A stretch of DNA of 64,000 nucleotides, from positions 1 through 64,000 of the IMG/VR virus record IMGVR_UViG_2856349417_000002; one strand, written 5' to 3'. The notes beneath the pieces were generated by a model. The model saw only the letters and a program-made list of their open reading frames with translations, was not told the DNA's origin and made no database searches. Origin of the DNA: a virus. The first letter of the stretch is position 1; every line of letters starts with the position of its first letter. Shown in pieces: positions 1 to 7,583 of this stretch. The position numbers were made by a program, and so were the translations under genes.

Positions 1-42
<42 letters not shown>

Positions 43-63
43 GACGCGGGCCTCAATAGCCGT

Positions 64-88
64 GAACGCCTTGAATTGCAAGGCGTTC
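64..88. repeat. Perfect 10-bp inverted repeat GAACGCCTTG-aattg-CAAGGCGTTC between the tRNA and the phage genes
   Basis: Read directly. There is no U-tract on either strand, so it is not called a terminator. Function unknown. Confidence 0.6.
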
Positions 89-125
89 CGATCTGACGGG
101 GCAGAATGTTCCAGCGTCACGCTTT

Positions 126-142
126 GCAACCATGTTGGCACC
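126..142. promoter_or_regulatory. Operator-like palindrome GCAACCA-tgt-TGGCACC
   Basis: Belongs to the same 7-N3-7 motif family as 12 other sites. Its half-sites are identical to those at 38406-38422. Confidence 0.5.
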
Positions 143-200
143 GCGCACCCACGGAACCGCAATCAGTCCACACCATCTTGACGAGAGCTACACCGCTTTT

Positions 201-228
201 GTAACCATATCGGTGCCATTTTGGAGGC
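201..228. promoter_or_regulatory. Operator-like half-site cluster GTAACCA-tatc-GGTGCCA-ttt-TGGAGGC
   Basis: The half-sites start 11 bp apart. The right half is degenerate and overlaps the GGAGG RBS of CDS 233-499. Confidence 0.4.
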
Positions 229-232
229 AATA

Positions 233-499
233 ATGACGACTGATCGTGAGATGCCCCGCTACCAGTGCCACAAGATCGTGCATGCGTTGAAAATCGCAAC
301 CTTCGTGATCAACGAAGAAAATGGGGCGATGCTGGTAGCTCCCGCCGATGAGGGTTACGCCCCGTTCGAGGTGACGCGCGATTGGGAGCGCCGCTTCAAG
401 CCCATCGACGACGATCTTGGCTACTATGTCGTCTATGATGGCGGCTATGCGTCATGGTCGCCGTCGAAGGCGTTCGAGGAAGGGTACACCCGGCTATGA
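233..499 (+). CDS. Hypothetical small phage protein (88 aa)
   Basis: ATG at 233 lies 5 nt after GGAGG (223-227), in the frame of track ORF 221-499. High GC3. Confidence 0.6.
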   Translation: MTTDREMPRYQCHKIVHALKIATFVINEENGAMLVAPADEGYAPFEVTRDWERRFKPIDDDLGYYVVYDGGYASWSPSKAFEEGYTRL

Positions 500-670
500 C
501 CGGAATGGGGCGCAGGAGCGTGTTCTGCACCCTCGGCCTTCACCCACTGCCGGCGAAGGCCTCCTCGCGCGTCCTTGCCCCGTCCCCGAGGCGAGTGGAT
601 GCCATCGGACCTCCGGCCTTACCCTGAAATCGACTTTGCGCTATGACCGCTAGTGGGAGGCGCCGGAAAT

Positions 671-997
671 ATGAACCGTAAAGCCCGCGCGAGGATCTTC
701 TGGCTCGAAGATCGCGACGACATGGCGAAACTGCCTGCATGGCTCGCCTGGCGCTCCAGGCACGTGACTGCGGCGATCGAGCGAGAGCATGAAGACAGCG
801 GTGCGGTTTCGATATGCCTGTTCAAGCACCAGGATGGGGCCGGCCTTATCCGCTGCGCCACCGATGAACTCGCCGATTTGGCGCGGGACGCAATCACGGA
901 GCAGCTCCAGATTGACGTGGCCACTGACATGGGTGGCGAAGCACCAGGGCGGCCTAGAGCGAGAAAACCAGCCGCTCGGCATGCGCGCGACTGGTAG
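671..997 (+). CDS. Hypothetical protein (108 aa)
   Basis: ATG at 671 follows GGGAGG (655-660), in the frame of track ORF 653-997. No recognisable motif. Confidence 0.45.
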   Translation: MNRKARARIFWLEDRDDMAKLPAWLAWRSRHVTAAIEREHEDSGAVSICLFKHQDGAGLIRCATDELADLARDAITEQLQIDVATDMGGEAPGRPRARKPAARHARDW

Positions 998-1001
998 TTT
1001 T

Positions 1002-1298
1002 TCAGACGCCCTTCGCCTTGGCATAGTCCGACGGCTTCGGATCGATGTTGACGTACCGCGCGCGGCAGTGGTTCTTGATGTCGTTCATGTCGAGCGCGAC
1101 GCGCGTGCAGCCCTTGCGCCTGGCGATGTCGTCGAGGAGATGCGTCATCGGCCGATCACCGCCTGCCTCGATCATGGCTGCCTTGTCGAACTGAGCGCGC
1201 CAGCCGCATTGCTCGCACTCGACGATGATCTTGTCGGCCGGGTAGTCGGCAAGGTAGGCCGCGCCCCTGATCCGCTCCCGTTCAACCTTCTCGGACAT
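1002..1298 (-). CDS. Hypothetical Cys-containing protein (98 aa), coupled to the ligase
   Basis: Track ORF. Its start overlaps the ligase 3' end by 17 nt. Contains CEQC ... GC ... HC. Confidence 0.55.
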   Translation of the reverse strand: MSEKVERERIRGAAYLADYPADKIIVECEQCGWRAQFDKAAMIEAGGDRPMTHLLDDIARRKGCTRVALDMNDIKNHCRARYVNIDPKPSDYAKAKGV

Positions 1299-2166
1299 CC
1301 TGGACCGTGGCGTGCCTCAGCTTCGACTCGCCCCGAAGATATCGCACCCGCGCCGTGATGCCAGGCTTTACCCATTCGACATCGTCGACTACCGCGCTCG
1401 GCACGCCGGCGGGCTGCTTCGCCCGCGCCTCCTGCACCCGCTTCCATAACCGTTCCTTGATGGAGCGGTTTGCGTTGATCATCGCGCCGCCGGCGTATTT
1501 GCCCTCGCGCGCCACCAGTGCCACGGCCGGCTTGCCCGGCTCGCGCTTGATGCCCAGCAGCTCGAAATCTCCGACGTCCCAGCATTTCGCCTTCACCCAG
1601 GACTCGCCCTTGCCGCTGTGATAGGGGGCATTCCTGCGCTTCGACACCATGCCTTCGAGGCCCATCTTGTCAACGGCCGCGAAGAACTCGGCGCCGTTGC
1701 CCTCGACGTGCTGGCTGAATTGGATGATGCCGTCGGCCGGCTTCACCAAGTCCCAGAGCTTCGCCTTGCGCTCGACGAGCGGCATGGCCCGCAGATCCTC
1801 GCCGTCGAGGTGCAGAAGATCGAAGCTGACGAAGGCGAGTTGCTCGGCGTTCCAGGCCATGCGCGAGTGCATGGCGTGAAAATTCGGCCGACCGTCAGGA
1901 TCCGGCGCGATCATCTCGCCATCGATGATGAAGGATTTCGCGGGCAGTTTCTCCGCGGCAGCGATCACCGGCCAGTAGCGCTTCGACCAGTCAATGCCAG
2001 TGCGGGTGAAGGCCCGGGCGCCTGCCCAATCGAGGATCAGTTGGGTGCGGAAGCCATCGTATTTGATCTCATGGAGCCAGTCGTCGCTGACAGGTGGCTC
2101 GAGCACCTGCGCCGGCTCCTGCGGCTTGATGAACCGCAGCCGGTCGCGGTTTACTCGATTACGCAT
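1282..2166 (-). CDS. ATP-dependent DNA ligase (minimal, 294 aa)
   Basis: Ligase motifs appear in canonical order: I EIKYDGFR (KxDG), III FIIDGEM, IIIa FVSFDLLHLDG, IV EGMVSK, V WVKAK. ATG at 2166 lies 7 nt after GAGGTG. Confidence 0.85.
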   Translation of the reverse strand: MRNRVNRDRLRFIKPQEPAQVLEPPVSDDWLHEIKYDGFRTQLILDWAGARAFTRTGIDWSKRYWPVIAAAEKLPAKSFIIDGEMIAPDPDGRPNFHAMHSRMAWNAEQLAFVSFDLLHLDGEDLRAMPLVERKAKLWDLVKPADGIIQFSQHVEGNGAEFFAAVDKMGLEGMVSKRRNAPYHSGKGESWVKAKCWDVGDFELLGIKREPGKPAVALVAREGKYAGGAMINANRSIKERLWKRVQEARAKQPAGVPSAVVDDVEWVKPGITARVRYLRGESKLRHATVQDVREG

Positions 2167-2232
2167 CAAAAACACCTCAACTCTGAAGCAATCTAAACGC
2201 GCGAGATGTCGAAATCGTTAGGCCTGAAACGC

Positions 2233-2265
2233 AAAAAAGACCCCTGCCGGCCGAAGCCGACAGGG
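2233..2265 (-). terminator. Rho-independent terminator ending the late/lysis operon
   Basis: Minus strand reads CCCTGTCGGC-ttcg-GCCGGCAGGG followed by TCTTTTTTGCG. The stem is 10 bp with one G.U pair. Confidence 0.85.
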
Positions 2266-2287
2266 AGACTGGAATGGTGAAGCAGGA

Positions 2288-2650
2288 TCAGGGAGGCGGC
2301 TTGCCCGTGAGCGTGTAATAGGCGGCGGCCGCACCAGCCGCAGCGGAGATCAGCGCTTTGCCAAAGCTCCAAAGCACGCGCCCGAGCGAGCCGGCGAAAA
2401 CGACGCGGTCGCGAACTCGCTCCAGTTCGACCGTCGTCGGTCGGATCGCCTCAACGCTCTTCTCGACGGCGCCTAGACGGAAGTTGATGCCGATCATCTC
2501 ACGCTCGGCGCGTTCCTGGGCCTCATACCCTCGTCGTCGCCCTTCCGCCGCTGCTTTCTGTTCTTCGGCGATTGCCGCCAGCATCGCCTCGATCGATTTG
2601 AGCCTCTCCTCGAGGCGCACAATCTGAACATCCATGCTCTCTTCCGCCAT
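2288..2650 (-). CDS. Coiled-coil protein with a C-terminal TM helix (DUF1515-like by recall)
   Basis: The internal ATG at 2650 (MAEESMDVQ...) was chosen over the Arg-rich N-terminal extension of track ORF 2288-2725. The C-terminus is AGSLGRVLWSFGKALISAAAGAAAAYY. Confidence 0.6.
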   Translation of the reverse strand: MAEESMDVQIVRLEERLKSIEAMLAAIAEEQKAAAEGRRRGYEAQERAEREMIGINFRLGAVEKSVEAIRPTTVELERVRDRVVFAGSLGRVLWSFGKALISAAAGAAAAYYTLTGKPPP

Positions 2651-2676
2651 TTCTCCCCGTGCCGCCCCTGCTTTTT

Positions 2677-2964
2677 CTAGATGCCATTGTCGAGTTCGGC
2701 CTTTTCCCCGACCAGGACGACGCACGCGGTGCGCCCGTCGGAGACGATCACCGAATAGGTGCCGGCCTGTGAAAGCGTGAACAGCATCTGCTGGTCGCCA
2801 GTTGTGCCCCGGATCACGATGAACTCGTGATAGGCCTTGGCGAGGCGATCGAGCATGGCCTGGAGCGGCGCGCAGGAGCTTTGCGCATGCGCGGGCGTGA
2901 GGCGCCAGATCATGGCGAGGCAGAGCACGATCAGCGCGGCGGCGATGACCCAGACGCGCTTCAT
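2677..2964 (-). CDS. Small secreted protein (95 aa)
   Basis: Signal peptide MKRVWVIAAALIVLCLAMIWRLTPAHA/QS. ATG at 2964 overlaps the upstream stop (ATGA). Confidence 0.6.
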   Translation of the reverse strand: MKRVWVIAAALIVLCLAMIWRLTPAHAQSSCAPLQAMLDRLAKAYHEFIVIRGTTGDQQMLFTLSQAGTYSVIVSDGRTACVVLVGEKAELDNGI

Positions 2965-3239
2965 TTCACCAGCGCCTTGATCGTGGTGCCCTTGGCGTGG
3001 TTGAGGCGCCCGCAGTCCGCGAGCGTGGCGCGATCCTGCGCCCAAAGGCGGCTCGTCTCGTCGTCCGGAACGAAGCGGTGGGGCACATCGACGACGGTGC
3101 CGCACTCGCCCATCACGCTCGGATCGACATGCGGCTTCAGGCTATCGGCCCACGGCATCGATGCCGATTGACAGCCTTGCAGGGATGCCATGCCGAGGCC
3201 GGCAAGCGCCAGCAGCGTCACCAGCCGGTTTCGGCCCAT
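2961..3239 (-). CDS. Lipoprotein, o-spanin candidate (92 aa)
   Basis: Lipobox LLALAGLGMASLQG/C. The start lies 98 nt inside the 3' end of the i-spanin candidate, in another frame. AAGGA RBS. Confidence 0.6.
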   Translation of the reverse strand: MGRNRLVTLLALAGLGMASLQGCQSASMPWADSLKPHVDPSVMGECGTVVDVPHRFVPDDETSRLWAQDRATLADCGRLNHAKGTTIKALVK

Positions 3240-3666
3240 TGTCTTCGTCCTTCTGTTGCCGGATGCGGTCTTCTAGATCGGCGAGGCGCAGCGTGTCGGC
3301 GCGGCCATTGCGCATGCTGTCGGCGAGTTGTTGCGCCGCAGCATCGATGTCGGCTTGCTTGGTCTTGAGCTTCGCTGCCTGTTCGAGCTCGGCGCGGCGC
3401 TGCTTTTCCTGCCACACCAGGCGCTCATTCAATTGGCCAGCGGCATATTCCCGATCGACGCGGCCATCGACAAAGCGGGAGAGCGCCGGCCCGAGGTAGG
3501 GAACATCGCGCACCGGCCCGAGCGGCAGGCCCTCATAGAACAGGATGATGGCGCCCGCGACGGCGATCGGCAGGCCGAAGCGAGAGGTGGCGAACTGCCA
3601 GACCGCATTGAGGATGACGAGCGCGGGCGCCAGAGGCGCGAGCACCGGAGCGAAGAGCGACATCAT
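3142..3666 (-). CDS. i-spanin candidate (174 aa)
   Basis: Hydrophobic N-terminal segment(s) followed by a coiled-coil region (WQEKQRRAELEQAAKLKTKQADIDAAAQQL). ATG at 3666 overlaps the upstream stop (ATGA). Overlapped with the lipoprotein gene. Confidence 0.55.
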   Translation of the reverse strand: MMSLFAPVLAPLAPALVILNAVWQFATSRFGLPIAVAGAIILFYEGLPLGPVRDVPYLGPALSRFVDGRVDREYAAGQLNERLVWQEKQRRAELEQAAKLKTKQADIDAAAQQLADSMRNGRADTLRLADLEDRIRQQKDEDNGPKPAGDAAGACRPRHGIPARLSIGIDAVGR

Positions 3667-3797
3667 TGCCACCCTACTCCAAGGCCGATCAGCGCCACGC
3701 CGACCGCGATTGCTACCGCAAGGAAGGCCGCTATGATCCAGGCGGCCGTCCACATCATCTCGCCCCAGAAATCGGGATTGTTGCCGCCGCCGCCCAT
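3663..3797 (-). CDS. 44-aa single-TM protein
   Basis: Not in the ORF track (<60 aa). Hand translation: MGGGGNNPDFWGEMMWTAAWIIAAFLAVAIAVGVALIGLGVGWQ. Both ends overlap neighbours (TGATG and ATGA). Confidence 0.45.
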   Translation of the reverse strand: MGGGGNNPDFWGEMMWTAAWIIAAFLAVAIAVGVALIGLGVGWQ

Positions 3798-4036
3798 CAG
3801 CCCGCAACCTCGACCCGGCGGCTGATCGCTTTGACGCGAACGCGTGGCTTCGGCAGGTGCGCGAGGCGCCGCTTCAGCCAGAGTTCAAAATCTGCCGCCT
3901 CATGGTGGCTGAGATGCTGCATCTGGCACGGACAGACCGGATCGCCGTTGCGCGGGCCGGTGCAGAAGCACGGGCGCAATTCCTGCGACTGCGGCCTGTC
4001 GCGAAGCGATAACATGGCCGGGTTTTGAAACTTCAT
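3797..4036 (-). CDS. Hypothetical protein (79 aa) with CFCTGPRNGDPVCPC
   Basis: Internal ATG at 4036 (MKFQNP...) of track ORF 3797-4096. Confidence 0.45.
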   Translation of the reverse strand: MKFQNPAMLSLRDRPQSQELRPCFCTGPRNGDPVCPCQMQHLSHHEAADFELWLKRRLAHLPKPRVRVKAISRRVEVAG

Positions 4037-4092
4037 TGGGATTTGCCCTTCAATGGGAAAGGCCCGCCACCGTGGTGACGGGCCAAAGCTGA

Positions 4093-4317
4093 TCAATCGA
4101 CGGGCGCGAAGTCGACGTAGTAGCTCTTGCCGATCACGAGTTGCTCGGCCGCTTTCGGGTTGTCGATCTGGAATTCCGCATGGCCGGACGGGGTCGCTTT
4201 CTGGAAAGAAACATCCTCGGCGACCTTCTGGTCATACTCACATCGGAAGATCGCTTTCGCTCCGCCCCAAGCCTGAGCGAACACGTTCTCCAAGCGCATT
4301 TTTGCACGAATACCCAT
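4093..4317 (-). CDS. Hypothetical protein (74 aa)
   Basis: Track ORF with ATG at 4317. Good GC3. Confidence 0.55.
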   Translation of the reverse strand: MGIRAKMRLENVFAQAWGGAKAIFRCEYDQKVAEDVSFQKATPSGHAEFQIDNPKAAEQLVIGKSYYVDFAPVD

Positions 4318-4368
4318 CTCTTCATCTCCATGAGTGGGGTTGCCAGGATCCGCCTGGCGCGGATCGGA

Positions 4369-5025
4369 TCAGCAATCCCGCAACACGCCGTGATGCAGGA
4401 AGCCGTGGAAGCCGGGGACGGCGATTGATCCAGCGCCGGCCGCACAGGTTCGGTCGTTCTTGTCGACATGCAACGTTCCATCTTCGGGGCGCCCGTGGCG
4501 CACCCAGCAGAAATGGTCGTTGTCGTCGGGCATCGTGCAGTTGCTGGCGCGGCTATCGATCTGCCAGTCGTGGTTGCCCGGCAGCTTCACTACCAGAGAC
4601 CGGTGATCCGGACCGACCATATATGCGCAGCCAGTTGGGCCGTCCTTCCGACCCCCTGAGATCCACCAAGCGTCCCAGCAGCTTCCCACTGGAGCTTTGT
4701 CGAGGGTCGTCCGCTCGCCAGTTGCCTCGCAGAGATAAACTTGCCGGCCGAACAGCTGAAACGGGTCATCGGCACTGAATGGCCGTCCGCAGGCGCTGCA
4801 GGATGTCGGCCACCGCGGGTCGTTTTCCGGCGGCTTGCGGTCTTCCCGACCGCCGTCGATATAGCCATCCTTGGTGTAAAGGATATCGGCCTCACCGAGC
4901 TCGAACATGGCATTGCAATAGCCGCCGGTCGACGTGCATTTATGCTTGTCGCTCGACGTGTACCGCCGAAGCCATTGGCGTTCGCGGTCGGTGGGCTCAA
5001 GCCACCGGATCTTGTACTCACTCAT
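4369..5025 (-). CDS. Cys-rich hypothetical protein (218 aa) inside the lysis cassette
   Basis: ATG at 5025 (MSEYKIRW...) overlaps the upstream mini-ORF stop (ATGA). Many Cys/His/Trp residues, and the C-terminus is GSIAVPGFHGFLHHGVL. Confidence 0.6.
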   Translation of the reverse strand: MSEYKIRWLEPTDRERQWLRRYTSSDKHKCTSTGGYCNAMFELGEADILYTKDGYIDGGREDRKPPENDPRWPTSCSACGRPFSADDPFQLFGRQVYLCEATGERTTLDKAPVGSCWDAWWISGGRKDGPTGCAYMVGPDHRSLVVKLPGNHDWQIDSRASNCTMPDDNDHFCWVRHGRPEDGTLHVDKNDRTCAAGAGSIAVPGFHGFLHHGVLRDC

Positions 5026-5123
5026 GCGAAATGCCTCGTGATGGCGAAGACGATCAGGAAAGCCACAGTCCCGGCCGCCCACGGGAGAACCATGCGGATG
5101 ATCTCGGTGACGATCGGCTCCAT
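5022..5123 (-). CDS. 33-aa single-TM protein
   Basis: Not in the ORF track. Hand translation: MEPIVTEIIRMVLPWAAGTVAFLIVFAITRHFA. TGATG overlap with the endolysin stop and ATGA overlap with the next gene. Confidence 0.4.
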   Translation of the reverse strand: MEPIVTEIIRMVLPWAAGTVAFLIVFAITRHFA

Positions 5124-5764
5124 CAGGGTAGCCCGGAGACGCAGAGTTCGGCCTCACCAAGGCGCTGCGCGTCGCCCATCTCGCGGCGCTTTACCAGGCC
5201 GGGAAGCACGTCGCCGCCGGCCTTGTTCCACGCTGTCTGGGCTTCGCAGGCATGGCGATACTCGTGCTTGGTGATGAACTCCGAAGCTCTCGACCCGATC
5301 TGGCCGCGCCGCGGCTTCTTGGATCCGACCCCGAAATTGTAGGCGCCGGAGAGCATCGAGGCCTGCACTGTGATCGGCGCCTGCCAATAGTCGTTCACCC
5401 CATCAACGAGAGGCAGGTAGTAGTCGTGCGTGACACGATAGATCAGCTTGGCTTCACACTCCTCGATCGTCGCGCGCATGCCTGGCCTCACGCCCTTCGT
5501 CTCACCCCAGCAGATCGTCCAGACCTTGACGCTGTCCTGGTAGGCGACGAGCCGGAGCCCTTCCCAAGGCTTGATCAGCTTGTCGACGGCAAGGCGCACC
5601 GCCGGTGGCGTGTAGCCCTTGGCGATGGCCTCATGGATCGCAGCAACCCTGGGGTCTGGCTGGCTTGCGATGAAGGCGGTCCAACCGCTCGCGGCCGCGA
5701 ACAGCGCCGCGCCGGCGGCGGCGGCCTTGCCACGCGGCGTGGCGATAATTCTACCGATTGGCAT
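5123..5764 (-). CDS. SAR endolysin, T4-lysozyme-like (GH24) muramidase
   Basis: Gly/Ala-rich signal-anchor AAAAGAALFAAASGWTAFIA. The catalytic triad spacing E-x8-D-x5-T in WEGLRLVAYQDSVKVWT matches T4 E11/D20/T26. Confidence 0.9.
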   Translation of the reverse strand: MPIGRIIATPRGKAAAAGAALFAAASGWTAFIASQPDPRVAAIHEAIAKGYTPPAVRLAVDKLIKPWEGLRLVAYQDSVKVWTICWGETKGVRPGMRATIEECEAKLIYRVTHDYYLPLVDGVNDYWQAPITVQASMLSGAYNFGVGSKKPRRGQIGSRASEFITKHEYRHACEAQTAWNKAGGDVLPGLVKRREMGDAQRLGEAELCVSGLP

Positions 5765-6011
5765 CGGGATCTCCTGAGATGTTCTTCTGGCGGGTGACTC
5801 GCAGCAACGGCACGATGGCTGCCGCTATGCCGGCAGCGGCCGTCAGCACTCCATTGAGGACAATGAGTTGCCTCGACGGATACGGCTGCGCGATGGTGTA
5901 GAAATAGACGCTTGTCGCCGCGCCGCTGAGAATCGCGGCGAGCACACCGGCCCATACCGCCCAACTGCGCCACAAAACGGTTTTCCAATTGTCAATGAGT
6001 CGCATTTTCAT
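5751..6011 (-). CDS. Holin (two-TM, pinholin-like)
   Basis: Two TM helices (SWAVWAGVLAAILSGAATSVYFY and LIVLNGVLTAAAGIAAAIVPLL) and a charged C-terminus. Overlaps the endolysin start by 14 nt. Confidence 0.7.
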   Translation of the reverse strand: MKMRLIDNWKTVLWRSWAVWAGVLAAILSGAATSVYFYTIAQPYPSRQLIVLNGVLTAAAGIAAAIVPLLRVTRQKNISGDPDANR

Positions 6012-6104
6012 GCCCCGTGATCGCGGAAGTTGCATTTTGCGGCGAGGCGCCGCATTCTCCCCGCCGGGAGCGGGGTGTTTCCTTTGGATTTTCTGAAGAA
6101 GCTG

Positions 6105-6263
6105 ATGATCGTAGTGCTCTGTGCGGCTCTTGCTGCTGGCGCGGTAGCGATCATCGAACGATTGGTGCTTGAGCCGCCTCGGCCTGCACTAACCGGGGAG
6201 CCGCCTCCGCTTCCAATCATCAAGCAGAAGCCGGTGCGACAATGGAAACGACGCCTGACATAG
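6105..6263 (+). CDS. Possible 52-aa TM/Pro-rich leader protein upstream of the PAP2 gene
   Basis: Internal ATG of track ORF 6030-6263 (MIVVLCAALAAGAVAII...). Overlaps the PAP2 start by 22 nt. Weak support. Confidence 0.3.
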   Translation: MIVVLCAALAAGAVAIIERLVLEPPRPALTGEPPPLPIIKQKPVRQWKRRLT

Positions 6264-7339
6264 TCCTTGAGCCGACCGCTTGGCGGACTCGGCTCACGCC
6301 ATCTGTCGGGCTTGTGGTTGTCGCCGCGGTCTATGCCGGGACCGCCGCGGTACTGTTTCCGACCTCATTCGCGGCATCGTTCGGCGGCATTCGGCTGCTG
6401 ATGTTTTATCTTCTCTTGCCGATCCTGATGCTGCTTGGCTTGGCCTTCGCTGGTATCATCCAGCAACCAGGGTCGCCGCTGGGTTACGTCCGCGCCAAGA
6501 TCAGATCGCGCGGCATTGGCGCCATGACGACGATCGGAGTCTTCACGCTCTGCCTCGGCGCGTTCACGACCTATAAGCACGAATTTTCCAGCTTGGTCAG
6601 CTTCTTCGCCGATCCACTGTTCGCGAGGCTGGATGCCACCATCCACTTCGGCGATCCATGGCGCTGGACAAGGGCGCTGCCGCTGCCCGGGTTTTTCGAC
6701 CGGATGCTTTACTTCCTCTACTCGCAACTCTGGCTCGCGCTTGTCGCCGGCATCATCGTTTTCGCCGCATGGATGGAGGATGCCGCGACCAGACTACGCT
6801 ATTTCACGGCATTGCTGTCCACGGCCATCCTACTCGGCGTCGTGGCCCGTCTGGCTGGATCCTCAGCCGGCCCGATCTTTTATGATCGGCTGTTCGGCGG
6901 CGATCGTTTTGCCGATCTCATGAGCGCTCTGAAGACCAGCGATTCAGGGCCAGAAACGCTGCAGATCGCCGACTACCTCTATGCATCCTACGCCAGCAAT
7001 GAGACTGTCGTCGGCAGCGGCATCTCAGCAATGCCGAGCTTCCATGTCGCCATGGTCACCTTGAACGCTCTGTTCCTCTGGAGTCTCAATCGCCGGGTAG
7101 GTTCCATCGCCTGGCTCTATGCCGGGCTGATCCTGTTCGGGTCAGTCTATGCGGGCTGGCACTATGCCATAGACGGCTATGTGTCGATCGCCACTGTTTT
7201 GATGATCTGGCGTTGGACGCGGCGGCGTTACGTCGCGCCCGGTGATCATCGGAACGATACGGCGACAATCGCCTCGAAGCCGGCGCTCGACGTCGCCTGG
7301 ACGCTTGTAGCCTGGTGGCAGAGAGACCCGAGGCCATAG
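6242..7339 (+). CDS. Polytopic membrane protein of the PAP2 superfamily (Aur1/Ipt1-like PAP2_3 type)
   Basis: Multiple TM helices. Contains the motifs AMPSFH and GSVYAGWHYAIDG (HYxxD). Lies on the strand opposite the flanking late genes, with visibly lower GC. Confidence 0.8.
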   Translation: METTPDIVLEPTAWRTRLTPSVGLVVVAAVYAGTAAVLFPTSFAASFGGIRLLMFYLLLPILMLLGLAFAGIIQQPGSPLGYVRAKIRSRGIGAMTTIGVFTLCLGAFTTYKHEFSSLVSFFADPLFARLDATIHFGDPWRWTRALPLPGFFDRMLYFLYSQLWLALVAGIIVFAAWMEDAATRLRYFTALLSTAILLGVVARLAGSSAGPIFYDRLFGGDRFADLMSALKTSDSGPETLQIADYLYASYASNETVVGSGISAMPSFHVAMVTLNALFLWSLNRRVGSIAWLYAGLILFGSVYAGWHYAIDGYVSIATVLMIWRWTRRRYVAPGDHRNDTATIASKPALDVAWTLVAWWQRDPRP

Positions 7340-7344
7340 CTGCA

Positions 7345-7550
7345 CCGCACCGCATATTGCCCAGTGTGCGCCGACTGGCCGAAATGCGCCTTGCTCTTGC
7401 CAGTGGCAAGGCGCGCTCCTGCGCGTCCCGGCCGCGCGTCGAATCGAGGATGCGGAAGTCGATGACCTTGATCGCCGCGTTGGCGATCAGCTGAAGCTTC
7501 GGATGGCATTTCGACAAGGCAGCCGCAGAGGCCGCACCAAACACGGGCAC
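7345..7550 (-). pseudogene. Frameshifted, 3'-truncated peptidase M15 (DD-/LD-peptidase zinc fold) remnant
   Basis: Frame A reads LSKCHPKLQLIANAAIKVIDFRILDSTRGRDAQERA. After a shift near 7410, frame B reads ATGKSKAHFGQSAHTGQYAV. Similarity stops about 7345, directly abutting the PAP2 stop (7337-7339). The distal His/Asp motifs are missing. Confidence 0.5.
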
Positions 7551-7583
7551 GGCAGATCCTTTACGTTATCGTGGAAGTTGAAG

